Assembly (NCBI GenBank): GCA_964016885.1
Contig: CAXHJY010001526.1
Coordinates: forward strand, 1 to 54,416
Reading direction: 5' to 3'
Source: Eledone cirrhosa
Taxonomy: Eukaryota
DNA: 54,416 nucleotides
Part shown: positions 13,163-25,846 of the stretch, in pieces
How the letters are laid out: the number at the start of each line of letters is the position of its first letter
Position numbering within the stretch: position 1 is the stretch's first letter
Position numbers and translations under genes: made by a program
The notes under the pieces: generated by a model
What the model saw: the letters and a program-made list of their open reading frames with translations, nothing else
Told to the model about the DNA's origin: nothing
The model's database searches: none

Positions 13163-13341
13163 TAATTGTTTCTACTTTAGGCACAAGGCCAGCAATTACC
13201 CAGTGCATTACTGGTACTTTATTTTATCGACCTCGTAAGGATGAAAGGCAAAGTCAACCGTGGCGCGATTTGAACTCAGATCGTAAAGGGACGTAACTAT
13301 GCTGGAAAGCATGGCGTCCGACCCTCTACCGATACTGCCAA
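13163..13341 (-). mobile_element. tRNA-derived SINE family 1 (Nin/Deu-like central domain)
   Basis: A box TGGCAGTATCGG; B box GAGTTCAAATC; GCCTTTCATCC..GGTCGATAAAAT..GTACCAG; TSD ATTCAATATATTAAT. Confidence 0.85.
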
Positions 13342-13385
13342 TTCAATATATTAATAAATGGAAACTAAATTTATAAAACCATAAT

Positions 13386-13446
13386 TATTTTATTATATTT
13401 CAAGGGCGACCAAGCCAATCTTGGTGTGCTTTCATTAGATAAAATA
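13386..13446 (-). ncRNA. Decayed type I hammerhead (G5A core)
   Basis: TATTTTAT-CTAATGA-AAGCACACCAAG.ATTGG.CTTGGTCGCCCTT-GAAA-TA-TA-ATAAAATA. Confidence 0.65.
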
Positions 13447-13581
13447 CAACATTTGTTTTACAAATAGTGACATAACCATGGAAAACAACCTTGACCGTTG
13501 AAAATTCGCTGGATTGGCTTGGTCGCCCTTGAAATATATATAATAAAATAATTATGGTTTTATAAATATAGTTTCCATTTA

Positions 13582-13626
<45 letters not shown>

Positions 13627-13639
13627 TATGTATATATAT

Positions 13640-13835
13640 GTAAAGTGGACGTGTAGGCGCCATGGAAGAAAAGCACTTAGCACTCACTGTAAATGAGGTT
13701 GGTGTTAGGAAAGGCATCCAGCTGTAGAAATCAAGCCAGAATCAGTTCCCGTATGAGCAAGACAAGGTCAGCCAACCGGACACTGCCCACAACAGGACAA
13801 CCAGTCTAACGGACGTAAAACGGTGATGATGATGA
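13640..13835 (+). mobile_element. RTE 3' UTR fragment
   Basis: Matches 24105..24320; (GAT)n tail. Confidence 0.8.
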
Positions 13836-14236
13836 AATGAAGCATGGATATATATATATATGTTATATATATATATATACCTGCATATATATATGTTATG
13901 TATATATATATATATATAAGCATGCATATATATATGTTATATATATATATGCATGCATATATATATATATCTATATATTATCTTTTCAATGGCTGGTAAA
14001 TCCTTACCGGCGCCACTCAAGTAAGGTAATTATTTAACCCATAAATAGGGCTTTAACAGGAACTACTACTCCGAGCCAGAGCAGGCCTGGAAGTTGTAAC
14101 AACTAAGTGGTAACTCTACATTCCCCACAGCTCCTGATCTCCCAAACCGGAGACTTGCCACTGGATGCAGTTTAATGTCATACCCAGGACATTAATCTCA
14201 GGAATTTTACCTGCTCTAGATAGATATATAGTATAT

Positions 14237-14420
14237 ATATGAAAAGATTCAGGACCCGTACGGCTGATCTCCGGCCAATTTGACATCTAGATTTAGCTGT
14301 CGAAACGGCTGGAGCTGAATTCGGGGTCCTGAATCTTTTCATATTACCCATTCTACTACCCCAAGTATTGAGTACTCTGGTGAGTAATGGTATAGCTGGT
14401 TTTTGCCACATCCTATCTAA
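14237..14420 (+). mobile_element. Fold-back PLE-like 3' end (family of 36195..36398)
   Basis: 21-bp perfect outer inverted repeat 14237..14257 / 14324..14344; shared tail TATTACCCA.TCTACTACCC.AAGTATTGAGTACT. Confidence 0.55.
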
Positions 14421-15391
14421 TATATATATGTATATGCATGCATATATATTATAGATATATTATATATATGTGTGTGTGTGTGTATAGATATATATGTGTA
14501 GATTTATTAATCACACCATCCAAAGTAAACTGTGCGTGTGTGCGTATTAATTAAACCATCCAAAGTAAACAGTATATATACGCACATTAAATGATAATGT
14601 TGAATCATGTTTCTAGAGTCCAGGAGAAGCATGCATATATATATATATAATGTGCATACATGCACATATACATACATGCATACATACACAATGTATATAT
14701 ATATATATATGTATATACTTACTTACTGTGTGTATATATATATTATGCATAACTACACAATTTATATAGTGACATTGATTTACAAAAAGGACAGATCAAT
14801 AAAAATCAGTCGGTGGGGAAAAAGTAAACTTGACAAAAGATGCAAACTTGCACTCTGAATTACACAGTAGAATAGAGAATGTTTGGTGTTTCCCTGTAAA
14901 GAATCTATAGGAAAACATTCACAGTATTGTCATGGATGATAGCAAGACTAAGGTGTGGGAATACTCCTAACATCATCACCTGATATTTCAGTAAGGCAAA
15001 ATTACTGGGCCCCACCTGTTGATTTTGAGGATGGAAGAAAGTTATTTCAAAGTATTGATACCCTGACCCAAGGTTGTTATGTTTCCTGGTTTGATATTCT
15101 ATATGTATATAGGAAAATGTTTAACCCCAACGGCAATGCTCAAGCCATTTCAACGGCTATTTCTGGACTAAATTATTATTTTTTAAGCATGGTAATAAAT
15201 AGCCGAACTTTTCAAGGGGTAAGATTTATTGGAAGATTTTAGTTGTAAAAAGGATTGGTCAAAATTTCTTGTAAACACAATTAAATCTTTCATGGCAGTG
15301 GGTGGGAGGTGGGGTGGCTGAAAAGGGAAATATCTGCCTGTGGTTGACGGCTGAGAGAAAAGAGTACTCAATACCGAAGTAGAGTTTTAAT

Positions 15392-15481
15392 TTTCATTTT
15401 ATTAAGGCTAAATAGTGGATTCTTGTTACTCTGGAGTTTTGCCTGTAACAAGACTCACTATTTAGCCTTAATAAAATGAAT
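15392..15481. repeat. Inverted repeat, ~36-bp arms
   Basis: TTCATTTTATTAAGGCTAAATAGTG..TCTTGTTAC / GTAACAAGA..CACTATTTAGCCTTAATAAAATGAA. Confidence 0.85.
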
Positions 15482-15807
15482 ATATATATATTATATATAG
15501 ATTATTTGTCACCAATATACAGAACATCTCAATGAATAGATTGCTAAAATATATCTAATTCAGAGAAGCAAATACATATAAAGTAACTTATATAGTATCA
15601 ACTGTCTTAATTTATTAAAATGGTCAACACTGTTTCTTGGTTCTGGAAACTGCAGTAATGGAGACATAATAAAGCCTTCTACTTTTGGGTTGCTTTATTA
15701 AGAATCTACCCATAAGGAAAGATGCTAGTAAAGTTTTCTTTTTTTTTTAGATTGCTTTACTGCGAATCTACCTGTTAGTGACTTCATATGAGTTACTCTA
15801 TACGTAA

Positions 15808-16172
15808 TATCATCATCATCATCACCGCTTTACATCCATTATTCCACGCTAGCATGGGTTAGACAAGTTGTCCTGTTGTGATCAATGCAGGGTCAGGTGA
15901 CCATGTCTTGCTCATACAGAACTGATTTTGACTTGATTTCTATAGCTGGATGCCTTTCCTTACACCAATCTCATTTACAGTGAGTACTGGGTGCTTTTTA
16001 TTGTGGCGCCTACACAACCACTCTACAGTGTGGGCTAGGTGGGTTTTTTTGTGACACCTACACGACCACTTTACAGTGTGGACTGGGTGCTTTTTTGTCA
16101 TGACACCTACACGACCACTTTACAGTGGGAGGGGTTGAGGCATACTGTCTATATGCTTCAGCTTTGGCTTGT
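15808..16172 (-). mobile_element. RTE 3' UTR fragment
   Basis: (ATC)n tail and CTGGATGCC.TTCCT..CACCAA motif. Confidence 0.8.
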
Positions 16173-16189
16173 ACCAGTGGGAAGTTGGG

Positions 16190-17469
16190 TCTTCTGTATT
16201 TCTTGAAGACATCACTCGGATTACTGATGGTGGTTCATGGGTGGATGTTGTTTACCTTGACTTTGCTAAAGCTTTCAATTCTGTGCCACACAAAAGACTT
16301 ATGGCAAAACTCTCTGCAATGTGATGATCTTTTTAACTGGTTGAAGTCCTTCATTCTCAGTCGAAGAGAGGTAGTCATGGTTCTAGGACAGCATTCCTCA
16401 CCGTATGAGATGTCATCTGGTGTATGACAGGGATCTGTTCTTGGACCCCTTTTGTTTGTGGCATATATTAATGACATAGATGCCAACTTAAAAAATGTCA
16501 CAGTACTGAAATATGCAGATGACATCAAGCTGTACCTTGAGAAAAAATGGACAGATCCTGAACACTATAGATCTTTCTTGCAGTCTGACCTGGACACAAT
16601 GCAACAATGGATCACGAACTGGCAACTCAAGTTGGCTGTGGACAAGTGTACCACCATGCATTTTGGGAGTAAAAATCCAGCATCCACATACTCCCTCCAC
16701 AACACTAATATCAGGAAGTCTTCTTGTGAATGTAACCTGGGCATTACTGTCAGCAGCGATTTGCATTGGACAAAGCACGTCTCTAAAATTGTCAAGAAGT
16801 CCGAGGGTGTCTTAGCATCACTCAGCAAGACCTTTGTCAACCACTCTCCAGCTATCTATTTAAAGCTGTATATAGCTATGGTGCAGCCACACTTAGAATT
16901 TGCATCACCAGTCTGGCACCTCTATCTTGCTCAGAACATTGACTGCCTGGAAACTGTTCAGAGACGTGCAACCAAGCGAATACCTTCCATAAGGCATCTA
17001 CCATACTCTTACTCTAAGCGCCTTGCTTCCCTGGGCATGGATACATTGAAGCTCCGACGTCTGATAACTGATTAGGTAAATACCCACAAAATTATTAACC
17101 ATCTTGCCAACAACAACCCTGAGTACCTTTTTGATTTCCATGTGTCTAACATACGTGGGCATGCCAACAAAGAAAACAGCACAGCTCCCATGACTTTTGG
17201 AAACATTTTTTTGACGCTCAGAGTTGCTGAAGCATGGAACAAACTACCTGCATCAGTTATTAGCTGTCGAGACACTGCATCCTTTAAAACTTCCATGCTT
17301 CCTGAAATTCGCCAACACTATACCTGATATCCCCCCTCCGTACACGCGCACACATGTATTTCATGACTCGTACACTGTTCATTTTCCTGACATTTGTACA
17401 TTATTCTATGTACTATACATGCACCTTTGATAAGTTGTAGTGCACCTGAGCACTGTACACAATAATTTC

Positions 17470-17485
<16 letters not shown>
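16190..17485 (+). mobile_element. CR1-like LINE 3' part, decayed
   Basis: VDVVYLDFAKAF, QGSVLGPLLFVAYINDI, KYADDIKLY, LETVQRRATK; (ATT)n tail; stops and frameshifts. Confidence 0.88.
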
Positions 17486-17516
<31 letters not shown>

Positions 17517-18121
17517 TGGCTGCCAACTCGTTTTCGAGTACGGCCACTACTTTATATCCATGTAGGAGAACCCCTACCGATGGGCTGAACAAGTGTGACT
17601 TTTTAGTCCAGCCAGCGACTTGGAAACTCTGGTACAAACACTACACTTGTGACAATTATTGACACATAGTACTGGGCCCATGGTACCATGTGACGACAAG
17701 TGCAGAGAGATCTCCAGATATAAAGCAATGCCTGTGCCGTGAAGCTTTTATAGTGAGCAAAGGCACTGCACAAAGCCAGTCCCACTCTCTTAACCAAGAT
17801 GACATTTACCAAAAAGAACAACAAGTCAACATCATTGGATACCATCAGGGTTGCAGGTGTTATATCAGAGTTTTCCTTCTCCTAGAATTCTGCCTTGACA
17901 AAGGCTAAGGGGTCATCTCTCCCGGTGATTTTGGATGGCCATTGACTCTTAAGAGCTCCTTTGCCTTTGACAGGTTTTGTTTTTAGTCCTGCAGGATGTC
18001 CAAAGTCACCCTCCTCACCAAGAAACCTTGGTAGGGTTGCCAGTTTAGTCGCCAACGACCCGACCATGAAACAGGTTGTACTGGGATACATGTTACCAGT
18101 AGCACCAACTGGTGACCTGAC

Positions 18122-18170
<49 letters not shown>

Positions 18171-18187
18171 GCACACACATATACATA

Positions 18188-19576
18188 CAGGGTGTAACAG
18201 ATAAATTGGGACCATTTAAATATTTTTAATATAATTGCTATAACTTGGAAAAATCAAACTCTGAAAATTTTATGTTTATGCCAATTTATTGTGGAGTGTT
18301 TAGCACTTGTTTCAGTTCAATGTGACCGCTATTTGCTTTCTTTACTAGTTCAGTTCAATCCGTTTACAAAATGATGCACATGCCTTAACTATTTCTTTTT
18401 CATTTTACTGAATGTTCACTTGATCGAAGTCTTCAGTGAAGACAGACAGTTGTGAGAAGTTGCATTGGGTATTGCTTCAACTGCACCCCATAGCCAAAAA
18501 TCACACGGATTCAAATCTGGTGAGCTAGTGAGCCAGATATCTTGAGAGACAAACATGGGGAATTCTTCTTTAAAAATTCTTGCACTCTTTTTGAAGAATG
18601 GGTAAGTGTGGAGTTCTGTACAAACATGACTCGTCTTGTATCATAATGCTTCTTAATCAAAAGCAACAAAACTTCTAAAATTTTGAGATACACTGTTGTG
18701 TTGATTTTAAGATCCACTTCAATAAAATGAGGAGGCATCAATTTCCCAAACTTGCAACAGCTCCAAAGACCATAATGGAAGCCAGATTCTTGTTATGCAT
18801 AACTGAAGGCAATTGGGAAGGGCTGTATGCTATCACTCGTGAGTTTTGACAGTTTGCAACTTCGCCTAATATGCACTTCTTTTCATCCACGAAGATGCAA
18901 ATATCTCTGCCACGATGTTTCAGATGAATAAGAAGTTTAGGACTTCTTTCAGCTCAAATGGCTTTGGAGTGGGTAGTTCAGATGTTATGGTGTCTTTTCA
19001 TATACGATTTCATATGGGGGTTTTGTCTCACAGCCCTTTTACTGATTCCTCGATCTTGAGCCACCTTTGCCATTGGTTTTGATGGGTTCAAGTCAATCGA
19101 TCTTTTAAGTCTTTCTAAGAAGCGAGGTGTGCATTTTAGGTCGCTGTGAGGACTGTGAGGCTTTCTTTGAACATCCTGACTTTTTTCAAATTGGCTACAA
19201 CTATAAAAACAGTAGATATGGCATATCTAACAATACCCTAGCACTTTTGTCGATGCGGAATAATTCAGCAATTACACCTCTAGGGTTTCATTCTTTATTA
19301 AGATAGTATTTTTTATATAAAATTATGGTGGTGGATTGGCAGAATCGGTAGAGCGTCAAACACGATGCTTTGCAGCATAGAGTTATGTCCCTTTATGTTC
19401 TGAGTTCAAATCCTGCAAAGGATTGTCATGCCTTTCATCGTTGCAGGGTCGATAAAATAAAGTACCAGTAATGCACTGGATAATTGCTAGCCTTGTGCCA
19501 AAAGTAGAAACAATATTTAAAATTCAAACTCCAACAAAATTTAGAAATATACCCATTTGAAAAAATTTACCTGTTA
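18188..19576 (-). mobile_element. Decayed Tc1/mariner DNA transposon (DDxD, maT-like)
   Basis: TA|CAGGGTGTAACAGATAAATT terminal repeat; partial mate AATTTACCTGTTA ~19564; minus-strand IFVDEKK, FVQNSTLTHSS, WLTSSPDLNPCDFWLWG. Confidence 0.8.
19326..19515 (+). mobile_element. SINE family 1
   Basis: A/B boxes, central domain, GTAGAAACAAT tail. Confidence 0.85.
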
Positions 19577-19656
19577 TTGTGTGTGTGTGTGTGTGTAATG
19601 GCTGACTGAATCTCTCTTTAACTTTCTATTTCATCTTTTATTTCTCATTCTATCTT

Positions 19657-19685
19657 CTGATGAAGGACTAGTGTCCAAAATGTTA
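19657..19685 (+). ncRNA. Decayed minimal hammerhead
   Basis: CTGATGA-A-GGAC-TAGT-GTCC-AAAA-TGTTA; two CpG-type transitions would restore GAAACGTTA. Confidence 0.45.
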
Positions 19686-20221
19686 TGACTCCTTTCCTAT
19701 TCTAGCTATAAACTAATATATTTATTGTACTGTTTTGTTTGCTTTGTTATTTCTGTTTACTTTTTACACACACACAGATATAAATCAGGGAAACAAAAAA
19801 TGAACAAACAAGAGGATGCAATAACATAAAATAGTTTTAGTTTCATGCTTGGAAGAAGAAGAGTGAGTTAGTGTCTGCATTACGGAGACTGGGAAGACCA
19901 CAAATCAGAGTTGTATTCGATACATGGTATGATACAGAGCGGGTATATTAGTAAGGTAGAGTATGGTCTGCGAGTTAAAGGCGGTTTCAACTAGTATCCT
20001 CTCTCTCTCTCTGTATATATATATATATATATATATAGTCATCCATCCATACAAATTTTACGAAGGTATTTCAGCTCCCACAACACATCTACTTTGCAAC
20101 ACATCTACTTTGTTATTCTCCTACCATGCTGACTCTGTCTATTTTTCCTCTACCATGCTGACTCTGTCTCTGTCTATTTTTCCATCAAAGACTACAGGCC
20201 ATGACTGGCTATTATTATTAA

Positions 20222-20410
20222 TGGTGGATTGGCAGTATCGGTAGAGGGTCGGACGCCATGTTTTCCAGCATAGTTACGTCCCTTTTCGATCTGAGTTCAA
20301 ATCCCGCCGAGGTTGACTTTGCCTTTCATCCTTACGGGGTCGATAAAATAAAGTACCAGTAATGCACTGGGTAATTGCTGGCCTTGTGCCTAAAGTAGAA
20401 ACAATTATTA
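20222..20410 (+). mobile_element. SINE family 1
   Basis: Full-length copy. Confidence 0.88.
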
Positions 20411-20899
20411 ATATTATTGTTGATGTATTCTATCGGCTACTTTTCCATGCGTCGACCCTCTCTCTCTATGATGGCTACCCTCTCTCTATGATGGCTACCT
20501 TCTCTCTTATCTATCTCTAAGCCACCCATTACCTCCCGTTCCCTCTTCACCCATTCCACCTCACTCATCTTGAAGCTATTGAAGAGATAAGACACTTTAT
20601 TCTGAAAGGCTAAAATGAATCACTAGAGTTGATTTGGCTTCGTTCCAGTCATCCATCTTGATGGTGACCCTCTCTCCCTACCTCACAATTTCCCTCACAC
20701 CCACCCCCTCACACCACCATAGCCTATTCGACCAATCAAACCTCAGCATGTCATTTCTTCTACTACTACTACTACCTAACTAACTCTCTCCTCCCCTGTC
20801 CCAGCCCAACACACCCTTCCATTATTCCACCACCACTGTTCTTCTAGCCCTGAATTTTCCTACTGTTATGGATGGATGAGCTGAGAATAAATTTGAGCA

Positions 20900-23800
20900 A
20901 CTCTGAATTAATAGATGAAATATGAATCTGCGAGCTACCAAGCACCCATGGGAAGCGCCAATCCAGAGACCCTTCCGTACGAGAGTCGACAAATGCCCAA
21001 AACTCCGAGTTGGTACCATCAATGTAGGCACAATGAAAGGAAGAGCAGGAGAAATCATAGAAATGCTAGAGCGAAAGGAAATTGATGTATGCTGTGTGCA
21101 AGAGACTAGATGGAGAGGAGAGTCTGCTAGAGTCCTTGTAGGAAAAAGTCGGTGCTACAAATTTTTCTGGGTGGGAAATGACGATGAGATGGGTGGTGTA
21201 TGTATACTACTAGCTGACAAGTGGGTAGATAAAGTAATCTCAGTGTACAGGGTAAATGCAAGAATCATTAAACTCAGACTAGTCCTGAATAAAACAATTA
21301 CCACAATAATATCAGCCTACGCACCCCAATTGGGGCTGCCAGACGAACTTAAGGATAGGTTTTACGAGTCCCTAATGCACACTACTGCTCTAACAGACGA
21401 CAATGACTTCCTAATCATCGCAGGAGATTTTAACGGACACGTAGGTAAACACTGCGACAGCTTCGATAGAGTACATGGAGGCCATGGGGTTGGCACAAGA
21501 AATGAGGAAGGATTCAGACTTCTAGAATTCTGCGACGCCAATGACATGTCGATATGTAACACAAACTTTAAAAAACCCGACAACCACCTGATCACCTATA
21601 GATCAGGGGAGCACTCTAGTCAGATAGATTTTATCCTCATCAGAGGACGTGACAGATGGACGGTCGTAAACACAAAAGCCTTCCCTAGTAGAATGTACCT
21701 CCCAACATAGCTTAGTTGTCAGAACTAGAGGAACCTGGAAACAGAAGCTAACCTGGAGAAGAAAGATCTGGAAGCTGAAAGACCCCTCAACCAGTAACAG
21801 ATTTAAAGATATTTTACTCAACGCCTACAACAATAAAGAAGAACAGATAGTCATTCAATGTAGAAGAGAACTGGGAGTTCCTAAAAAATAACTTACTAGA
21901 GGCGACGGATGAGGTCTGTGGCTGGAGTAAGACCTCAAGCAGGAGGAGAGTGACTTGGTGGTGGAACAATAAGGTAGATGAGGCAGTTAAGGCCAAGAGA
22001 CAGGCATGGAAAGAATAGAAGAACGGGGGGAGCCGGGTACATTACATAGAGACCAAGAGGGAAGCTAGGCGACAAGTATACTTAGCTAGGAGAGAAGCAG
22101 AGGATAGAAAATTCAAGCATGTTTTGCAATGTGAGGACCAGAAACAGGAGGTGTTCAAGATTGCGAGGCAGTGTGTCAGAGAGAATTGTGATGTCATTGG
22201 AGAGAAGTGTATCCGGAATGATAAAGGTGAGCTTCCCCTCACAAGTGCTGAGAAGAAAGATGCATGGAAGAGTTATTATGATAGATTACTAAATGAGGAG
22301 AATGCATGGGAAGAAGAGACCCTACCCCAAGTAGACCCTATAGAGGGACCAGCAGTACAAGTCAGCAGCAACATAGTAAGTAAGGCAATCAAAGATATGA
22401 AGATGGGGAAGGCAACCGGTCCATCGGGTATAGCTGCCGAGATGCTGAAGGCATCTGGGTCTGTAGGTCACACTATAACCACACGTATTGTTAACCAGGT
22501 AATACTAGGTGTCATACCAAAAGATTGGTGCAGTAGCATCATTGTCAACTGCTACAAAGGTAAAGGTGATGCACTAGATAGAGGAAACTATAGAGGTATA
22601 AAGCTGATGGACCAGGTCATGAAAGTAACAGAAAGAGTTATAGCACAGTTGATTAGGGACTGGGTGAAACTAGACGAGATGCAATTTAGGTTTGTACCAG
22701 GAAGAGGCACCACTGATGCCCTCTTTTTTGTCAGGCAGTTACAGGAAAAGTACCTAGCTAAAAGTAAGCCACTCTACCTGGAATTTGTCGACCTTGAGAA
22801 AGCCTTTGACAGAGTTTCACGTGCTGTAATCTGGTGGGCTCTTAGAAAACTAGGAGTAGATGAATGGCTTGTGAAAGCGGTACAAGCCATGTATAGGGGA
22901 GCCGTCAGCAAAGTTAGGATTAGCAATGAGTATAGCGAGGAATTTAGCGTACAGGTTGGGGTCCACCAGGGCTCTGTTCTTAGCCCCCTCCCGTTCATCA
23001 TAGTCCTGCAGGCAATAACGGAGGAGTTTAAGACCGGATGCCCATGGGAACTCCTGTATGCTGATGACCTCGCACTTATAGCTGAATCTATGGTAGAACT
23101 AGAGAAGAAATTCCAAACTTGGAAGCAGGGACTAGAAAAAAAGGGTCTCAAAGTCAACATGACAAAGACTAAGGTCCTTGTAAGTAGACGAGAAAACAGA
23201 ACCCAGATCCCCTCAGGGAAATGGCCTTGCTCAGTATGTAGGAAAGGTGTAGGTAGGAACTCCCTTCTCTGCCCCAAATGCAAACAATGGGTACACAAGA
23301 GATGTAGCGGGATCTCAGGAAGCTTAATTAAGAATGTAGGCTTCACATGCAGCAGCTGTGCTGGGACAGCAAGCAGCAAACAGCCACAGGAAACAAGTAC
23401 CACCAATCTCTGGGAGGGCTCTGTAGAAACAGTAGACAGCTTCTGCTACCTAGGTGACCGAATTAGCAGCGGAGGTGCGTGTTCAGAAAGTACAATAACT
23501 AGGGTAAGAACGGGATGGAAGAAGTTTAGGGAACTACTACCACTGCTAGCTGCAAAAGGCTTCTCCCTCAAAATGAAAGGCAGACTGTATGATGCGTGTA
23601 TTCGAACAGTGATGTTGCATGGTAGTGAGACCTGGGCGCTGAAGGTGGAAGACTTACGTAGATTAGAGAGAAACGATGCCTGCATGCTCCGATGGATGTG
23701 TAACAGTAATATAAGCGAACGACAAAGCATAAATGAATTGAGAGAGAGACTGAGCATAAGAGGAATCAAATGCTGTGTGCAGGAGAGGCGGTTGCGCTGG

Positions 23801-24320
23801 TATGGACATGTGATGCGTATGAAGGATGACAGCTGCATAAAAAGGTGCAGAGCACTAAAAGTCGATGGAAACCGCGGAGTGGGGAGACCCAAGATGACCT
23901 CGGATGAGGTGATAAAAGCCGACCTTACCCAATTACACCTCTCAAAGGCGATGACACACGACCGTGACCTCTAGCATCACGCAGTAATACAGAGTACCCG
24001 ACCACCCATGGGTACAAGCTGAAGCATATAGACAATAAGCCCCCACATCCCCTACTGCAAGGTGGTCGTGGAGGTGCCACGGCAAAAAAGCACCCAGCCC
24101 ACACTGTAAAGTGAACGTGTAGGCGCCACGAAAAAGCACCCAGCACTCACTGTAAATGAGGTTGGTGTTAGGAAGGGCAACCAGTTGTAGAAATGAAGCC
24201 AAATCAGTTCCCGTATGAGCAAGGCATGGTCAGCCGACCAGACACTGCCCACAACAGGACAACCCGTCTAACCCATGCTAGCGTGGTAGAACGGACGTAA
24301 AACGGTGATGATGATGATGA
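20900..24320 (+). mobile_element. Near full-length RTE-clade LINE (AP endonuclease + RT + PHD-like finger), disrupted
   Basis: 20922..21710 GTINV, CVQETRW, SAYAPQ, AGDFNGH, QIDFIL; 22124..23974 NYRGIKL, VDLEKAFD, GVHQGSVLSP, LLYADD, zinc finger; frameshifts between the ORFs; (GAT)n tail. Confidence 0.93.
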
Positions 24321-24340
24321 TATATATATATAGTCCTCAC

Positions 24341-24404
24341 CAGAGACTGCATACTTAGTGTCATTACATTTAGCAAATATATTCATTAATTTAGTTATTG
24401 ATCG
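24341..24404 (-). other. Candidate host exon (64 nt)
   Basis: TTTCTCTCAATATATTTCCAG| ... CTG|GTGAGG; one open frame RSITKLMNIFAKCNDTKYAVS. Confidence 0.3.
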
Positions 24405-24528
24405 CTGGAAATATATTGAGAGAAATGATTTTCCCAATTCCCAGGAAACATTGGCAAATCTGATTTCTATTTTTATTTTATAATTAAAATATTGTTTTTA
24501 TATAATTATAAAGGTTTGTATAAAACTC

Positions 24529-24723
24529 CAGACCTGCCAACCCGTAAACACCCAAAAGAGGAGTACCATGAAAAAAAGTGCCCCAAAACGAAGAAAAATG
24601 AGGCAAAATGGGGAGATTTTACGTAATGAAAGATATACCCATTTTCAAAAGTGAAGACGTCTCTCACCCACCCCAAAATGGGTGGGAGATCTCCCAGTCT
24701 GATGGGAAGAGTTGAAAGGTGTG
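24529..24723. mobile_element. Possible hAT-like MITE
   Basis: CAGACCTGCCAAC ... GTTGAAAGGTGTG degenerate terminal inverted repeats. Confidence 0.35.
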
Positions 24724-24743
24724 AAACTGATTCAGTAATTTAC

Positions 24744-24810
24744 CCCTGTGAGGTCTGCACATTGGACGGCTGTTTATTTGATCTTAATGGTAGAAATGGT
24801 AGAACAGGTT
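24744..24810 (-). other. Candidate host exon (67 nt)
   Basis: ..TATACAG| ... GGG|GTAAAT; frame PVLPFLPLRSNKQPSNVQTSQ. Confidence 0.22.
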
Positions 24811-25046
24811 CTGTATATAATTTCAGTGAACATAGAGAATAAAGAAATGTAGTGAGATTGTATTTCTGTTAACTAGTAATATCCACAGCCAGACATAACT
24901 TTAGGCTAACTATAAATCATTGAATGAGTTCTTCCGTTGGGAAGTAAACAAAATATGTTCCACCGAGGAATGAAACTGTGGTGTAGCCTCTATATACTGT
25001 GCTAGCAACTTCCTTCAAATATTCATTTGCATTATTTGCACTGTGG

Positions 25047-25225
25047 AGGCTGGTGGATTGGCAGTATTGGTAGAGCGTCTGACAACATTACTTTGCAGCA
25101 TATTGTTACGTTCTGAGTTCAAATCCTGCCAAGGTTAGCTTTGCCTCTCATCCTTATGGGGTCGATAAAATAAAGTAACAGTAATGTACTGGGATCAATT
25201 TAATTTCTCCTTCCCTTCAAATTGT
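25047..25225 (+). mobile_element. SINE family 1
   Basis: A/B boxes and central domain. Confidence 0.8.
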
Positions 25226-25669
25226 CAAAAGTTTGCAATTATGAATATGTGAAATTATATATACTTCAAATCTCATCTTTCTACCTTACTCATGATCTAG
25301 TGTTGTGGACATTGACACAGTTGTTTGACCTGTAAGAAATAAAGGTCAGATCACACACACACACATCCATCACAAACACACATACACCACACACACACAC
25401 ACAAATGCACGTATACAGGCAGCTTTGGATTAAAACGTTTTTAGATCCTTAAATGATGAAGGGCCCCATAGTTTTTTTTTTTTCAGTTCTAGATTTACAA
25501 AGGGGCATAGAGTAGTGCTCTGCCTGAACTAGAGCCTATAGGGTAAGGGACTTAATCTTTCCAGTGCTTTAAGGTCTCTAAATACCTTAATCCGACCCTG
25601 TCTACAGGCACGCCGATTAAACCCTTTTGATACCAAACAGCCTGAAATTAACCCTGATTCTAAAAATAA

Positions 25670-25846
25670 TAATAATTGTTTCTACTATTAGCAGCAATTA
25701 CCCAGTACATTATTGGTACTTCATTTTATCGACCCCGTAAGGATGAAAGGCAAAGTTAACCTCGGCGAGATTTGAACTCAGATCATAAAGGGACGTAACT
25801 CTATGCTTCAAAGCATGGTGTCCGACTCTCTACCGATACTGCCAAT
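25670..25846 (-). mobile_element. SINE family 1
   Basis: Reverse-complement copy. Confidence 0.85.

Larger units (their letters stand above)
13074..13588 (-). mobile_element. Naiad-related PLE 3' end with inverted copy, split by a SINE
   Basis: GGTTGAGTGCT..ACCTTTT..CTTCTAC resembles 3526..3584; inverted repeat 13348..13420 / 13512..13588; HHR present. Confidence 0.7.

Noticed and set aside
14992-15800. Plus-strand exons RQNYWAPPVDFEDGRKLFQSIDTLTQ / DCFTANLPVSDFI*
   Set aside because: Weak donor (GTTGTT) and no recognisable homology; cannot be supported without RNA data.
17515-18122. Possible LINE 5' UTR fragment between TA runs
   Set aside because: Only a faint resemblance (GGAGAAGGAAAACTCTGA on the minus strand); no protein motif or second copy in the window.
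22124-23974. Functional 616-aa RT gene
   Set aside because: Part of a frameshifted RTE copy that starts at TTG and has substitutions in conserved motifs; annotated as a TE.
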